From positions 1,170,001 through 1,202,000 of the forward strand of contig NC_000962.3 of NCBI RefSeq assembly GCF_000195955.2: a stretch of 32,000 nt of DNA. Reading direction: 5' to 3'. The translations under genes and the position numbers were made by a program. Shown here piece after piece: positions 7,379 to 14,882 of the stretch (position 1 is the first letter of the stretch; every line of letters begins with the position of its first letter). The stretch comes from Mycobacterium tuberculosis H37Rv. GTDB lineage: Bacteria > Actinomycetota > Actinomycetes > Mycobacteriales > Mycobacteriaceae. The notes under the pieces are model-generated. The model did no database searches and had not been told where the DNA came from. It was given only the letters and a program-made list of their open reading frames with translations.

Positions 7379-7395
7379 CGCGTCTGAACTGCAAC

Positions 7396-7469
7396 GCCCC
7401 CATAGCCCAATTGGCAGAGGCAGCGGACTTAAAATCCGTCAAGTGTCGGTTCGAGTCCGACTGGGGGCA
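7396..7469 (+). tRNA. leuX: tRNA with anticodon UAA (Leu), 74 nt, no encoded CCA
   Basis: Perfect 7-bp acceptor stem GCCCCCA/TGGGGGC with discriminator A. T arm is GTCGG-TTCGAGT-CCGAC. Anticodon arm is GCGGA-CTTAAAA-TCCGT. The D arm is Leu-type with a 3-bp stem (GCC...AATTGGCAGA...GGC). The variable loop is only CAAGT. Confidence 0.85.
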
Positions 7470-7627
7470 CGGGGAAATCGTTGTTGGCAAGTCATGGCGT
7501 TGGGCACTGCTGCTGCTCGCCGCTCAAGCCAGCAACCCAACCTGGCGATACGTTGGTTTGAGCGGGGCGACTCCCGTCGGGCCACCTACGCCCCGCCTGT
7601 TGCTATGGCCGGACAAGGAGCATCGCG

Positions 7628-8392
7628 ATGAGCGTGGATTACCCCCAAATGGCTGCTACCCGGGGAAGAATAGAACCGGCCCCGCGGCGAGTTCGCGGCT
7701 ATCTCGGACATGTGCTCGTCTTCGACACCAGTGCGGCGCGCTATGTCTGGGAGGTTCCCTACTACCCGCAGTACTACATCCCGCTGGCGGATGTCCGCAT
7801 GGAGTTCCTGCGCGACGAGAACCACCCGCAGCGAGTGCAGCTGGGTCCGTCGCGGCTGCACTCCTTGGTAAGCGCCGGTCAGACCCACCGATCGGCGGCG
7901 CGGGTATTCGATGTCGACGGCGACAGCCCGGTGGCGGGCACCGTGCGTTTCAACTGGGATCCGCTGCGGTGGTTCGAGGAGGACGAGCCGATCTACGGCC
8001 ATCCGCGCAATCCCTATCAGCGGGCCGATGCGCTGCGCTCGCACCGACACGTCCGTGTCGAGCTGGACGGCATTGTGCTCGCTGACACCCGATCGCCCGT
8101 TCTGCTATTCGAAACTGGGATACCCACAAGGTATTACATCGATCCGGCCGACATCGCTTTCGAGCATCTGGAGCCCACCTCGACGCAGACGTTGTGTCCG
8201 TACAAGGGGACGACGTCGGGCTATTGGTCTGTGCGCGTCGGCGACGCCGTGCACCGCGACCTGGCCTGGACGTATCACTATCCACTGCCCGCCGTTGCCC
8301 CGATCGCCGGCCTGGTGGCGTTTTACAACGAGAAGGTCGACCTCACCGTCGACGGCGTCGCCCTGCCGCGGCCGCACACTCAGTTCAGCTAG
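7628..8392 (+). CDS. Tandem DUF427-domain protein (Rv1056-like), 254 aa
   Basis: RBS AAGGAG lies 6 nt upstream of the ATG. There are two internally similar halves (RVRGYLGHVLVFDTSAARYVWE...YYIPLADV and HVRVELDGIVLADTRSPVLLFETGIPTRYYIDPADI), as in DUF427 proteins. Confidence 0.85.
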   Translation: MSVDYPQMAATRGRIEPAPRRVRGYLGHVLVFDTSAARYVWEVPYYPQYYIPLADVRMEFLRDENHPQRVQLGPSRLHSLVSAGQTHRSAARVFDVDGDSPVAGTVRFNWDPLRWFEEDEPIYGHPRNPYQRADALRSHRHVRVELDGIVLADTRSPVLLFETGIPTRYYIDPADIAFEHLEPTSTQTLCPYKGTTSGYWSVRVGDAVHRDLAWTYHYPLPAVAPIAGLVAFYNEKVDLTVDGVALPRPHTQFS

Positions 8393-8436
8393 TGCTTGGT
8401 TTGTTCGCCGGTTGGCGGCCGCCAGCATGGTCAACC

Positions 8437-8850
8437 TCATCTAGGGCGTGGGTGTCGGGGCGCAGCAGGCTGCCGGCGATCTCGCGGACACCGTCTTGGC
8501 TGTGCCCAATCTAGATTCCGATCGGCCTGAGTCTTCTTCTGCCGGCGCAGCGCATCGGCGCGGGCCACGATTGCATCGACGTGGACGGCCAGCCGGCGCT
8601 GGGTCATCGACGGCCAGCGAGCCGCCCTGAGAGCGAGCTCGGCGGCCACGGCGCCAACACCTCACCGTCGACGGTCAGATCGCTGCGACACACGATCGTT
8701 TGAAACATCCGGTAGTCGATGTCGCCGGCGGTGAAGACTTGGCCGACCATGGCTAGGCACTCGCGCATACCGCAGCTGGCTGGCCGTTGGCCCCTGGCTG
8801 ATCCGCAAGGCCGCACCGACCTCAGCGATCACCGCCGCCTGTGACCACTA
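8437..8850 (-). pseudogene. Remnant of a DUF222 / REP13E12-type (HNH-endonuclease-associated) gene, frameshifted
   Basis: Minus-strand fragments lie in three frames: WSQAAVIAEVGAALRISQGPTASQLRYAR, then ECLAMVGQVFTAGDIDYRMFQTIVCRSDLTVDGEVLA, then AAELALRAARWPSMTQRRLAVHVDAIVARADALRRQ. This is the pattern I recall for the N-terminal domain of 13E12-repeat proteins. No HNH part is present. Confidence 0.55.
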
Positions 8851-9395
8851 ACCAGTCTCATCGAAAATATATTCGATACAGCCACTTGCCGTCGACATTG
8901 ACCATGAGGCGTTCACGTCGCAGGGCCGACGAAATATGCTGAGACCTGCCTACTCGTGTGCAATGTGATATTAGCCTCATTTTGATTTGAATTATGAGAA
9001 TTTCTTATTTCCCAGTTATGGGGAGCGTGTGCTGGTTGTTAGCGAAGTACGCTAAAACTGCAGTTACTGCTCATAGCACTGGTTTGCCACATACCCCGTA
9101 TCGGGATACGTCATGATCGGTATCCTGAGCGGAACATAAGTCGGTCACGTGACCTAGGTAACAGCGTCTAATTCGTGAAATTTTTGATCAGAATTTGGTC
9201 GCTAGACTTATTCCAGCCCAGTATGAATCAGCGCTTTTGGTGCCGAAATGCGGCGAATCCCGGGCAGTCGGCGTCGCACAGCACGGTTGCTGTGCTGTCG
9301 CAAGCCTGGAGGCCCGCAGACACAGCAAGCGAGGAGCGGCGCGTATGAGCCGCGCCGGCGACGATGCGGAACGAAGTGATGAGGAGGAGCGGCGC
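8851..9395 (+). promoter_or_regulatory. Long AT-rich upstream region / complex promoter of the beta-propeller gene
   Basis: About 540 bp that is markedly AT-rich compared with its surroundings (for example 8980-9030, attagcctcattttgatttgaattatgagaatttcttatttccc). It contains several palindromes, including the perfect 12-mer GGTCACGTGACC at 9143-9154. [12 protein letters not shown] is at 9381-9389. Confidence 0.6.
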
Positions 9396-10577
9396 ATGAG
9401 CGTTATGAACGGCCGGGAGGTCGCTCGAGAGAGCAGAGATGCCCAGGTCTTCGAGTTCGGCACCGCACCGGGCTCCGCCGTGGTCAAGATTCCGGTGCAG
9501 GGCGGTCCGATCGGTGGCATCGCCATCAGCCGCGACGGCAGTCTGCTGGTAGTGACCAACAACGGCACCGACACCGTCTCGGTCGTCGGCACCGACACCT
9601 GCCGGGTCACCCAGACCGTCACCAGTGTCAACGAACCGTTCGCGATCGCCATGGGCAATGCGGAAGCCAACCGCGCGTACGTCAGCACGGTGTCGTCGGC
9701 GTACGACGCGATCGCGGTCATCGACGTGGCCACGAACACCGTTCTCGGCACCCATCCGCTGGCGCTCAGTGTGAGCGACCTGACACTCAGCCCGGACGAC
9801 AAGTACCTGTACGTCAGCCGAAATGGCACTCGCGGTGCTGACGTTGCGGTGCTGGACACGACGACGGGCGCACTGATCGACGTCGTAGACGTTTCCCAGG
9901 CGCCGGGCACCACCACGCAATGCGTGCGGATGAGCCCGGACGGAAGTGTCCTGTACGTCGGCGCCAATGGGCCATCCGGCGGCCTGCTCGTCGTGATCAC
10001 GACCCGCGCGCAGTCCGACGGGGGACGCATCGGGAGTCGCTCGCGTTCGCGGCAGAAGAGCTCCAAACCCCGGGGTAACCAGGCGGCGGCGGGCTTGCGC
10101 GTGGTGGCGACCATCGACATCGGGTCATCGGTCCGCGACGTCGCGCTCAGCCCCGACGGTGCCATCGCCTACGTCGCCAGCTGCGGCTCCGACTTCGGGG
10201 CAGTGGTCGACGTCATCGACACTCGCACCCACCAGATCACCAGCTCGCGCGCGATCAGCGAGATCGGCGGGTTGGTCACCCGGGTGAGCGTTAGCGGCGA
10301 CGCGGATCGCGCCTACTTGGTCAGCGAGGATCGGGTGACCGTGCTGTGCACCCGTACGCACGATGTCATCGGCACGATCAGGACCGGCCAGCCGTCGTGC
10401 GTGGTCGAGAGCCCGGACGGAAAGTACCTGTACATCGCCGACTACTCCGGCACCATCACCAGGACAGCGGTTGCCTCGACCATCGTGTCCGGGACCGAGC
10501 AGCTGGCGCTACAGCGCCGCGGGTCTATGCAGTGGTTCTCGCCTGAGCTGCAGCAGTACGCGCCGGCGCTCGCCTAG
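9396..10577 (+). CDS. Seven-bladed beta-propeller (YVTN-repeat) protein, Rv1057-like, 393 aa
   Basis: The ATG at 9396 is preceded by GAGGAGGAG. It has repeated blades of the type IAISRDGSLLVVTNNGTDTVSVV, LTLSPDDKYLYVSRNG, VRMSPDGSVLYVGANG, VALSPDGAIAYVASCG and VVESPDGKYLYIADYSG. Confidence 0.9.
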   Translation: MSVMNGREVARESRDAQVFEFGTAPGSAVVKIPVQGGPIGGIAISRDGSLLVVTNNGTDTVSVVGTDTCRVTQTVTSVNEPFAIAMGNAEANRAYVSTVSSAYDAIAVIDVATNTVLGTHPLALSVSDLTLSPDDKYLYVSRNGTRGADVAVLDTTTGALIDVVDVSQAPGTTTQCVRMSPDGSVLYVGANGPSGGLLVVITTRAQSDGGRIGSRSRSRQKSSKPRGNQAAAGLRVVATIDIGSSVRDVALSPDGAIAYVASCGSDFGAVVDVIDTRTHQITSSRAISEIGGLVTRVSVSGDADRAYLVSEDRVTVLCTRTHDVIGTIRTGQPSCVVESPDGKYLYIADYSGTITRTAVASTIVSGTEQLALQRRGSMQWFSPELQQYAPALA

Positions 10578-10683
10578 CTCGAACGCGCTTCTCGGGGGAA
10601 CCCGTTTCTCATGACTTCTCGCGGCGATAGCATTCGCCCGAGGAGGACATGAGGCGCGCCGAGACCCGTAAGGCGGTACATCG

Positions 10684-12315
10684 ATGTACGGCACGATGCA
10701 GGACTTTCCGTTGACGATCACCGCGATCATGCGCCACGGCTGCGGTGTCCACGGGCGACGCACGGTCACCACCGCGACGGGTGAGGGCTATCGGCACAGT
10801 AGCTATCGCGATGTGGGGCAACGAGCTGGCCAGCTGGCAAATGCGTTGCGCCGCCTCGGTGTTACCGGGGACCAGCGGGTTGCCACGTTCATGTGGAACA
10901 ACACCGAACACTTGGTGACCTACTTCGCGGTCCCGTCGATGGGCGCGGTGCTGCATACCCTCAACATCCGGCTCTTCCCCGAGCAGATCGCCTATGTCAC
11001 CAACGAGGCCGAAGACCGCGTCATTCTGGTCGACTTGTCATTGGCCAGACTGCTCGCGCCGGTGCTGCCCAAACTCGACACCGTGCATACCGTGATCGCG
11101 GTAGGAGAGGGCGACACGACGCCGCTGCGGGAAGCTGGCAAGACCGTGCTGCGCTTCGCCGAATTAATTGACGCCGAATCCCCCGACTTCGGGTGGCCGC
11201 AGATCGATGAGAACTCCGCGGCCGCAATGTGTTACACCAGCGGTACTACCGGCAATCCCAAAGGCGTTGTATACAGCCATCGTTCGAGCTTTCTGCACAC
11301 GATGGCGGCCTGCACCACAAACGGTATCGGGGTCGGGTCCAGTGACAAGGTGCTGCCGATCGTGCCGATGTTTCATGCCAACGGGTGGGGGCTACCGTAT
11401 GCGGCCTTGATGGCGGGTGCGGACTTGGTGCTACCCGATCGGCATCTCGACGCCCGCTCGCTGATCCACATGGTGGAGACGCTGAAGCCGACGTTGGCCG
11501 GCGCGGTGCCAACCATCTGGAACGACGTCATGCATTACCTAGAGAAGGACCCCGATCACGACATGTCATCGCTGCGTCTGGTCGCCTGCGGCGGATCGGC
11601 GGTTCCGGAATCGCTGATGCGCACCTTCGAGGACAAGCACGATGTCCAGATTCGGCAGCTGTGGGGCATGACGGAAACATCGCCGCTGGCCACCATGGCC
11701 TGGCCGCCACCTGGCACCCCGGACGACCAGCATTGGGCATTCCGCATCACTCAGGGCCAACCGGTGTGCGGGGTGGAGACCCGGATCGTCGACGACGATG
11801 GCCAGGTGCTGCCCAACGACGGCAACGCCGTTGGCGAGGTGGAGGTTCGCGGGCCCTGGATTGCTGGCTCGTATTACGGGGGACGTGACGAGTCCAAGTT
11901 CGATTCCGGCTGGTTGCGCACCGGTGACGTCGGCCGCATCGACGAGCAAGGCTTCATCACCCTGACCGACCGCGCCAAAGACGTCATCAAGTCCGGCGGT
12001 GAATGGATCTCCTCGGTTGAGTTGGAGAACTGCCTTATCGCGCACCCGGACGTGCTCGAGGCCGCGGTCGTCGGCGTTCCCGACGAGCGCTGGCAGGAAC
12101 GGCCGCTGGCGGTTGTCGTAGTTCGGGAAGGGGCCACCGTTAGTGCTGGTGATCTGCGAGCATTCCTGGCGGACAAGGTCGTTCGCTGGTGGTTGCCGGA
12201 GCGGTGGGCGTTTGTCGACGAGATTCCCCGCACCAGCGTGGGCAAGTACGACAAGAAGGCCATCCGTTCTCGCTACGCCGAAGGTGCCTACCAGATCACC
12301 GAGGTGCACACTTGA
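10684..12315 (+). CDS. fadD14: Medium/long-chain fatty-acid--CoA ligase (acyl-AMP forming)
   Basis: 543-aa ORF with the AMP-binding motif YTSGTTGNPKGV, plus the WLRTGD and SVGKYDKK C-terminal motifs. Confidence 0.9.
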   Translation: MYGTMQDFPLTITAIMRHGCGVHGRRTVTTATGEGYRHSSYRDVGQRAGQLANALRRLGVTGDQRVATFMWNNTEHLVTYFAVPSMGAVLHTLNIRLFPEQIAYVTNEAEDRVILVDLSLARLLAPVLPKLDTVHTVIAVGEGDTTPLREAGKTVLRFAELIDAESPDFGWPQIDENSAAAMCYTSGTTGNPKGVVYSHRSSFLHTMAACTTNGIGVGSSDKVLPIVPMFHANGWGLPYAALMAGADLVLPDRHLDARSLIHMVETLKPTLAGAVPTIWNDVMHYLEKDPDHDMSSLRLVACGGSAVPESLMRTFEDKHDVQIRQLWGMTETSPLATMAWPPPGTPDDQHWAFRITQGQPVCGVETRIVDDDGQVLPNDGNAVGEVEVRGPWIAGSYYGGRDESKFDSGWLRTGDVGRIDEQGFITLTDRAKDVIKSGGEWISSVELENCLIAHPDVLEAAVVGVPDERWQERPLAVVVVREGATVSAGDLRAFLADKVVRWWLPERWAFVDEIPRTSVGKYDKKAIRSRYAEGAYQITEVHT

Positions 12316-12319
12316 CCCG

Positions 12320-12381
12320 CGCGAGCAGACGCAAAATCGCCCATTTTCGTGTCGAAATGGGGGCTTTTGCGTCTGCTCGCG
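12320..12381. terminator. Long composite hairpin immediately 3' of fadD14 (terminator/attenuator-like, no U tract)
   Basis: A perfect 17-bp outer stem (12320-12336 CGCGAGCAGACGCAAAA pairs with 12365-12381) encloses a second imperfect stem (12340-12349 / 12353-12361). It starts 5 nt after the fadD14 stop and ends about 10 nt before the next gene's RBS. Confidence 0.45.
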
Positions 12382-12396
12382 GGTAGAAAGGTGACC

Positions 12397-13455
12397 ATGA
12401 GCCTGCGGGTCATTCAATGGGCGACGGGATCGGTCGGTGTGGCGGCGATCAAAGGCGTGCTGCAGCATCCCGAACTCGAACTCGTAGGCTGCTGGGTGCA
12501 TTCGGCGGCCAAGAGCGGCAAAGACGTCGGCGAAATCATCGGTTCACCACCATTGGGCGTGATCGCGACTAACAGCATCGACGACGTTTTGGCGCTGGAC
12601 GCCGACGCGGTGATCTACGCGCCATTGCTGCCCAGCGTCGACGAAGTCGCCGCGCTGTTGCGTTCGGGCAAGAACGTGGTCACTCCGCTTGGGTGGTTCT
12701 ATCCGAGTGAAAAGGAGGCCGCCCCACTGGAAGTCGCCGCGCAGGCCGGCAATGCGACGCTGCACGGCGCCGGAATTGGGCCCGGGGCTGTCACCGAGCT
12801 GTTCCCGTTGCTCCTGTCGGTGATGTCCACCGGTGTGACTTTTGTTCGCTCCGAAGAGTTTTCGGATCTGCGCAGCTATGGAGCGCCGGACGTGCTGCGC
12901 TATGTGATGGGTTTCGGCGGCACACCGGACAGCGCGTTGACCGGACCGATGCAGAAAATTCTGGACGGGGGCTTCCTGCAGTCGGTACGGCTGTGTGTCG
13001 ACCGGTTGGGCTTTGCCGCCGACCCCCAGATCCGCACTTCGCAGGAGGTGGCGGTTGCGACCGCCCCGATCGACTCGCCGATCGGAGTAATTGAGCCCGG
13101 ACAGGTGGCCGGACGCCGCTTCCATTGGGAGGCGCTGGTCGAGGACACAGTGGTCGTCCAGATCGCCGTGAACTGGTTGATGGGATCGGAAAATCTGGAT
13201 CCCCCTTGGTCATTCGGGCCGGCCGGAGAACGCTACGAGATCGAAGTGCGCGGCAGCCCGGACACCTGCGTCACCATCAAGGGTTGGCAACCGCAGACCG
13301 TGGCGGCCGGCTTGAAGAGCAACCCCGGGATCGTGGCAACCGCGGCGCACTGCGTCAACGCGATCCCGGCAACCTGCGCCGCCCCGGCGGGGATCCAGAG
13401 CTTTTTCGACCTGCCGCTCATCACCGGCCGGGCCGCTCCCGGGCTGGCACGCTAG
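12397..13455 (+). CDS. DapB-N-like NAD(P)-binding oxidoreductase-family protein (Rv1059-like). Alternative GTG start at 12391.
   Basis: RBS GAAAGG sits just upstream. The N-terminus LRVIQWATGSVGVAAIKGVLQHPELELVGCWVHS resembles the dihydrodipicolinate-reductase-type Rossmann N-terminal domain. Confidence 0.75.
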   Translation: MSLRVIQWATGSVGVAAIKGVLQHPELELVGCWVHSAAKSGKDVGEIIGSPPLGVIATNSIDDVLALDADAVIYAPLLPSVDEVAALLRSGKNVVTPLGWFYPSEKEAAPLEVAAQAGNATLHGAGIGPGAVTELFPLLLSVMSTGVTFVRSEEFSDLRSYGAPDVLRYVMGFGGTPDSALTGPMQKILDGGFLQSVRLCVDRLGFAADPQIRTSQEVAVATAPIDSPIGVIEPGQVAGRRFHWEALVEDTVVVQIAVNWLMGSENLDPPWSFGPAGERYEIEVRGSPDTCVTIKGWQPQTVAAGLKSNPGIVATAAHCVNAIPATCAAPAGIQSFFDLPLITGRAAPGLAR

Positions 13456-13507
13456 AGTTGCTGGCGGCGTCCCCGGCCGGGATGTCGAGAATCGGACGGG
13501 TAATCCA

Positions 13508-13981
13508 ATGGCAAAGTCTGTCGTCGTCGAGCAATCGCGAGCGATTCCGGTGCAATCCGAGGATGCGTTCGGTGGCACGCTGGCGGCAGCGCTGCCGGTG
13601 ATTTGTTCGCACTGGTACGGCCTGATCCCACCAATCAAGGAGGTCCGGGATCAAACGGGTGCTTGGGATTCTGTCGGACAGGCCCGTGTCATCACGATGG
13701 TCGGCGGCGGGCGCGTGCGCGAGGAGCTGACCAGTGTCGACCCGCCGCGGTCGTTCGGCTACACGCTCACCGACATCAAGGGCCCGTTGGCGCCGCTGGT
13801 CGCGTTGGTGGAGGGCAAGTGGAGCTTCGCTCCCGCGGATACCGGAACCACGGTGACCTGGCAATGGACCATCCATCCTAGATCGGCGCTGGCCGCGCCG
13901 GTGTTGCCGGTGTTCGCCAGGATGTGGCGGGGCTACGCGCGCGGGGTGCTCGAGAAGCTTTCCGCTTTGTTGGTGGGCTGA
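13508..13981 (+). CDS. SRPBCC (START/polyketide-cyclase-like) ligand-binding protein, 157 aa
   Basis: The size and pattern (VVVEQSRAIPV...EELTSVDPPRSFGYTLTD...GKWSFAPADTGTTVTWQWTIHP) are typical of the Polyketide_cyc2/SRPBCC fold. Confidence 0.7.
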   Translation: MAKSVVVEQSRAIPVQSEDAFGGTLAAALPVICSHWYGLIPPIKEVRDQTGAWDSVGQARVITMVGGGRVREELTSVDPPRSFGYTLTDIKGPLAPLVALVEGKWSFAPADTGTTVTWQWTIHPRSALAAPVLPVFARMWRGYARGVLEKLSALLVG

Positions 13982-14014
13982 GCGGCGCTGCCGGCTTCGT
14001 CTACCGTCGGGGTC

Positions 14015-14878
14015 ATGTGCCGACTCTTTGGCTTGCACTCCGGAACCGATGCTGTCACCGCGACGTTTTGGTTGCTGAACGCCTCGGATAGCCTGGCCGA
14101 GCAAAGCCGACGAAACCCCGACGGCACCGGCCTTGGTGTATTCGACGAACACCACCAGCCGCGGCTACACAAGCAACCAATAGCGGCCTGGCAAGACGCC
14201 GACTTCGCCACCGAAGCCCACGAGCTGACCGGCACGACGTTCGTCGCCCATGTTCGCTACGCGACGACCGGGTCGCTCGACATCCGCAATACCCACCCAT
14301 TCCTGCAAGACGGGCGGATCTTCGCACACAATGGGGTGGTCGAAGGACTGGATGTCCTCGACGAACGGCTGCGCGAGGTCGGCGCCGATGACCTGGTGTT
14401 GGGCCAGACCGACTCCGAGCGCGTATTCGCTTTGATCACCGCTTCGATCCGCGCCCGGGACGGCAACGAATCAGCCGGTCTGATTGACGCGCTGAGGTGG
14501 CTCGCGGCGAATGTGCCGATCTATGCCGTCAACGTGTTGCTCAGCACCGCGACCGATGTATGGGCACTGCGGTATCCGGAGTCCCACGAGCTGTATATCT
14601 TGGACCGCCGCGGCGACGGTGCGCCCGAGTTCCACTTGCGAAGCAAGCGAATCCGCGCACACTCGACGCACTTGCGCGAACGGTCGTCGGTGGTGTTCGC
14701 GACTGAACCGATGGATGACAACCCGCGTTGGCGCCTGCTGGACGCGGGGGAGCTGGTCCACGTGGACGCCGCCCTGCGGGTCAACAGGAGTCTGGTGCTA
14801 CCTGATCCACCCAGACATCCGATTCGCCGGGAAGATCTCAGCGAGCCGGTACTGCATGCGCAACACACGTCGGCGTGA
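14015..14878 (+). CDS. Class II (Ntn-type) glutamine amidotransferase-like protein, 287 aa
   Basis: The N-terminal MCRLFG places the nucleophile Cys at position 2. This is followed by NPDGTGLG, VAHVRYATTG and HPF motifs typical of stand-alone GATase-2 proteins. Confidence 0.75.
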   Translation: MCRLFGLHSGTDAVTATFWLLNASDSLAEQSRRNPDGTGLGVFDEHHQPRLHKQPIAAWQDADFATEAHELTGTTFVAHVRYATTGSLDIRNTHPFLQDGRIFAHNGVVEGLDVLDERLREVGADDLVLGQTDSERVFALITASIRARDGNESAGLIDALRWLAANVPIYAVNVLLSTATDVWALRYPESHELYILDRRGDGAPEFHLRSKRIRAHSTHLRERSSVVFATEPMDDNPRWRLLDAGELVHVDAALRVNRSLVLPDPPRHPIRREDLSEPVLHAQHTSA

Positions 14879-14882
14879 ACTC

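Noticed and set aside
7300-8085. 261-aa plus-strand ORF spanning the tRNA and the start of the DUF427 gene
   Set aside because: It reads straight through a well-folded tRNA gene and out of frame across a gene with a good RBS, so it is spurious.
5112-8522. Exact 11-mers shared at distant sites (tagattccgat at 5112 and 8512; tcactgcggta at 6544 and 7328) as possible att-type direct repeats
   Set aside because: For 32 kb, roughly 32000^2/2 divided by 4^11, or on the order of 100 chance 11-mer pairs, are expected even without GC bias. Isolated 11-mer matches are therefore not evidence. Only the adjacent tandem copy at 7318-7339 is kept as an observation.
9195-9395. 67-codon N-terminal extension of the beta-propeller ORF
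   Set aside because: The extension lies in AT-rich promoter-like DNA with poor codon bias, and the strong [12 protein letters not shown] precedes the ATG at 9396.
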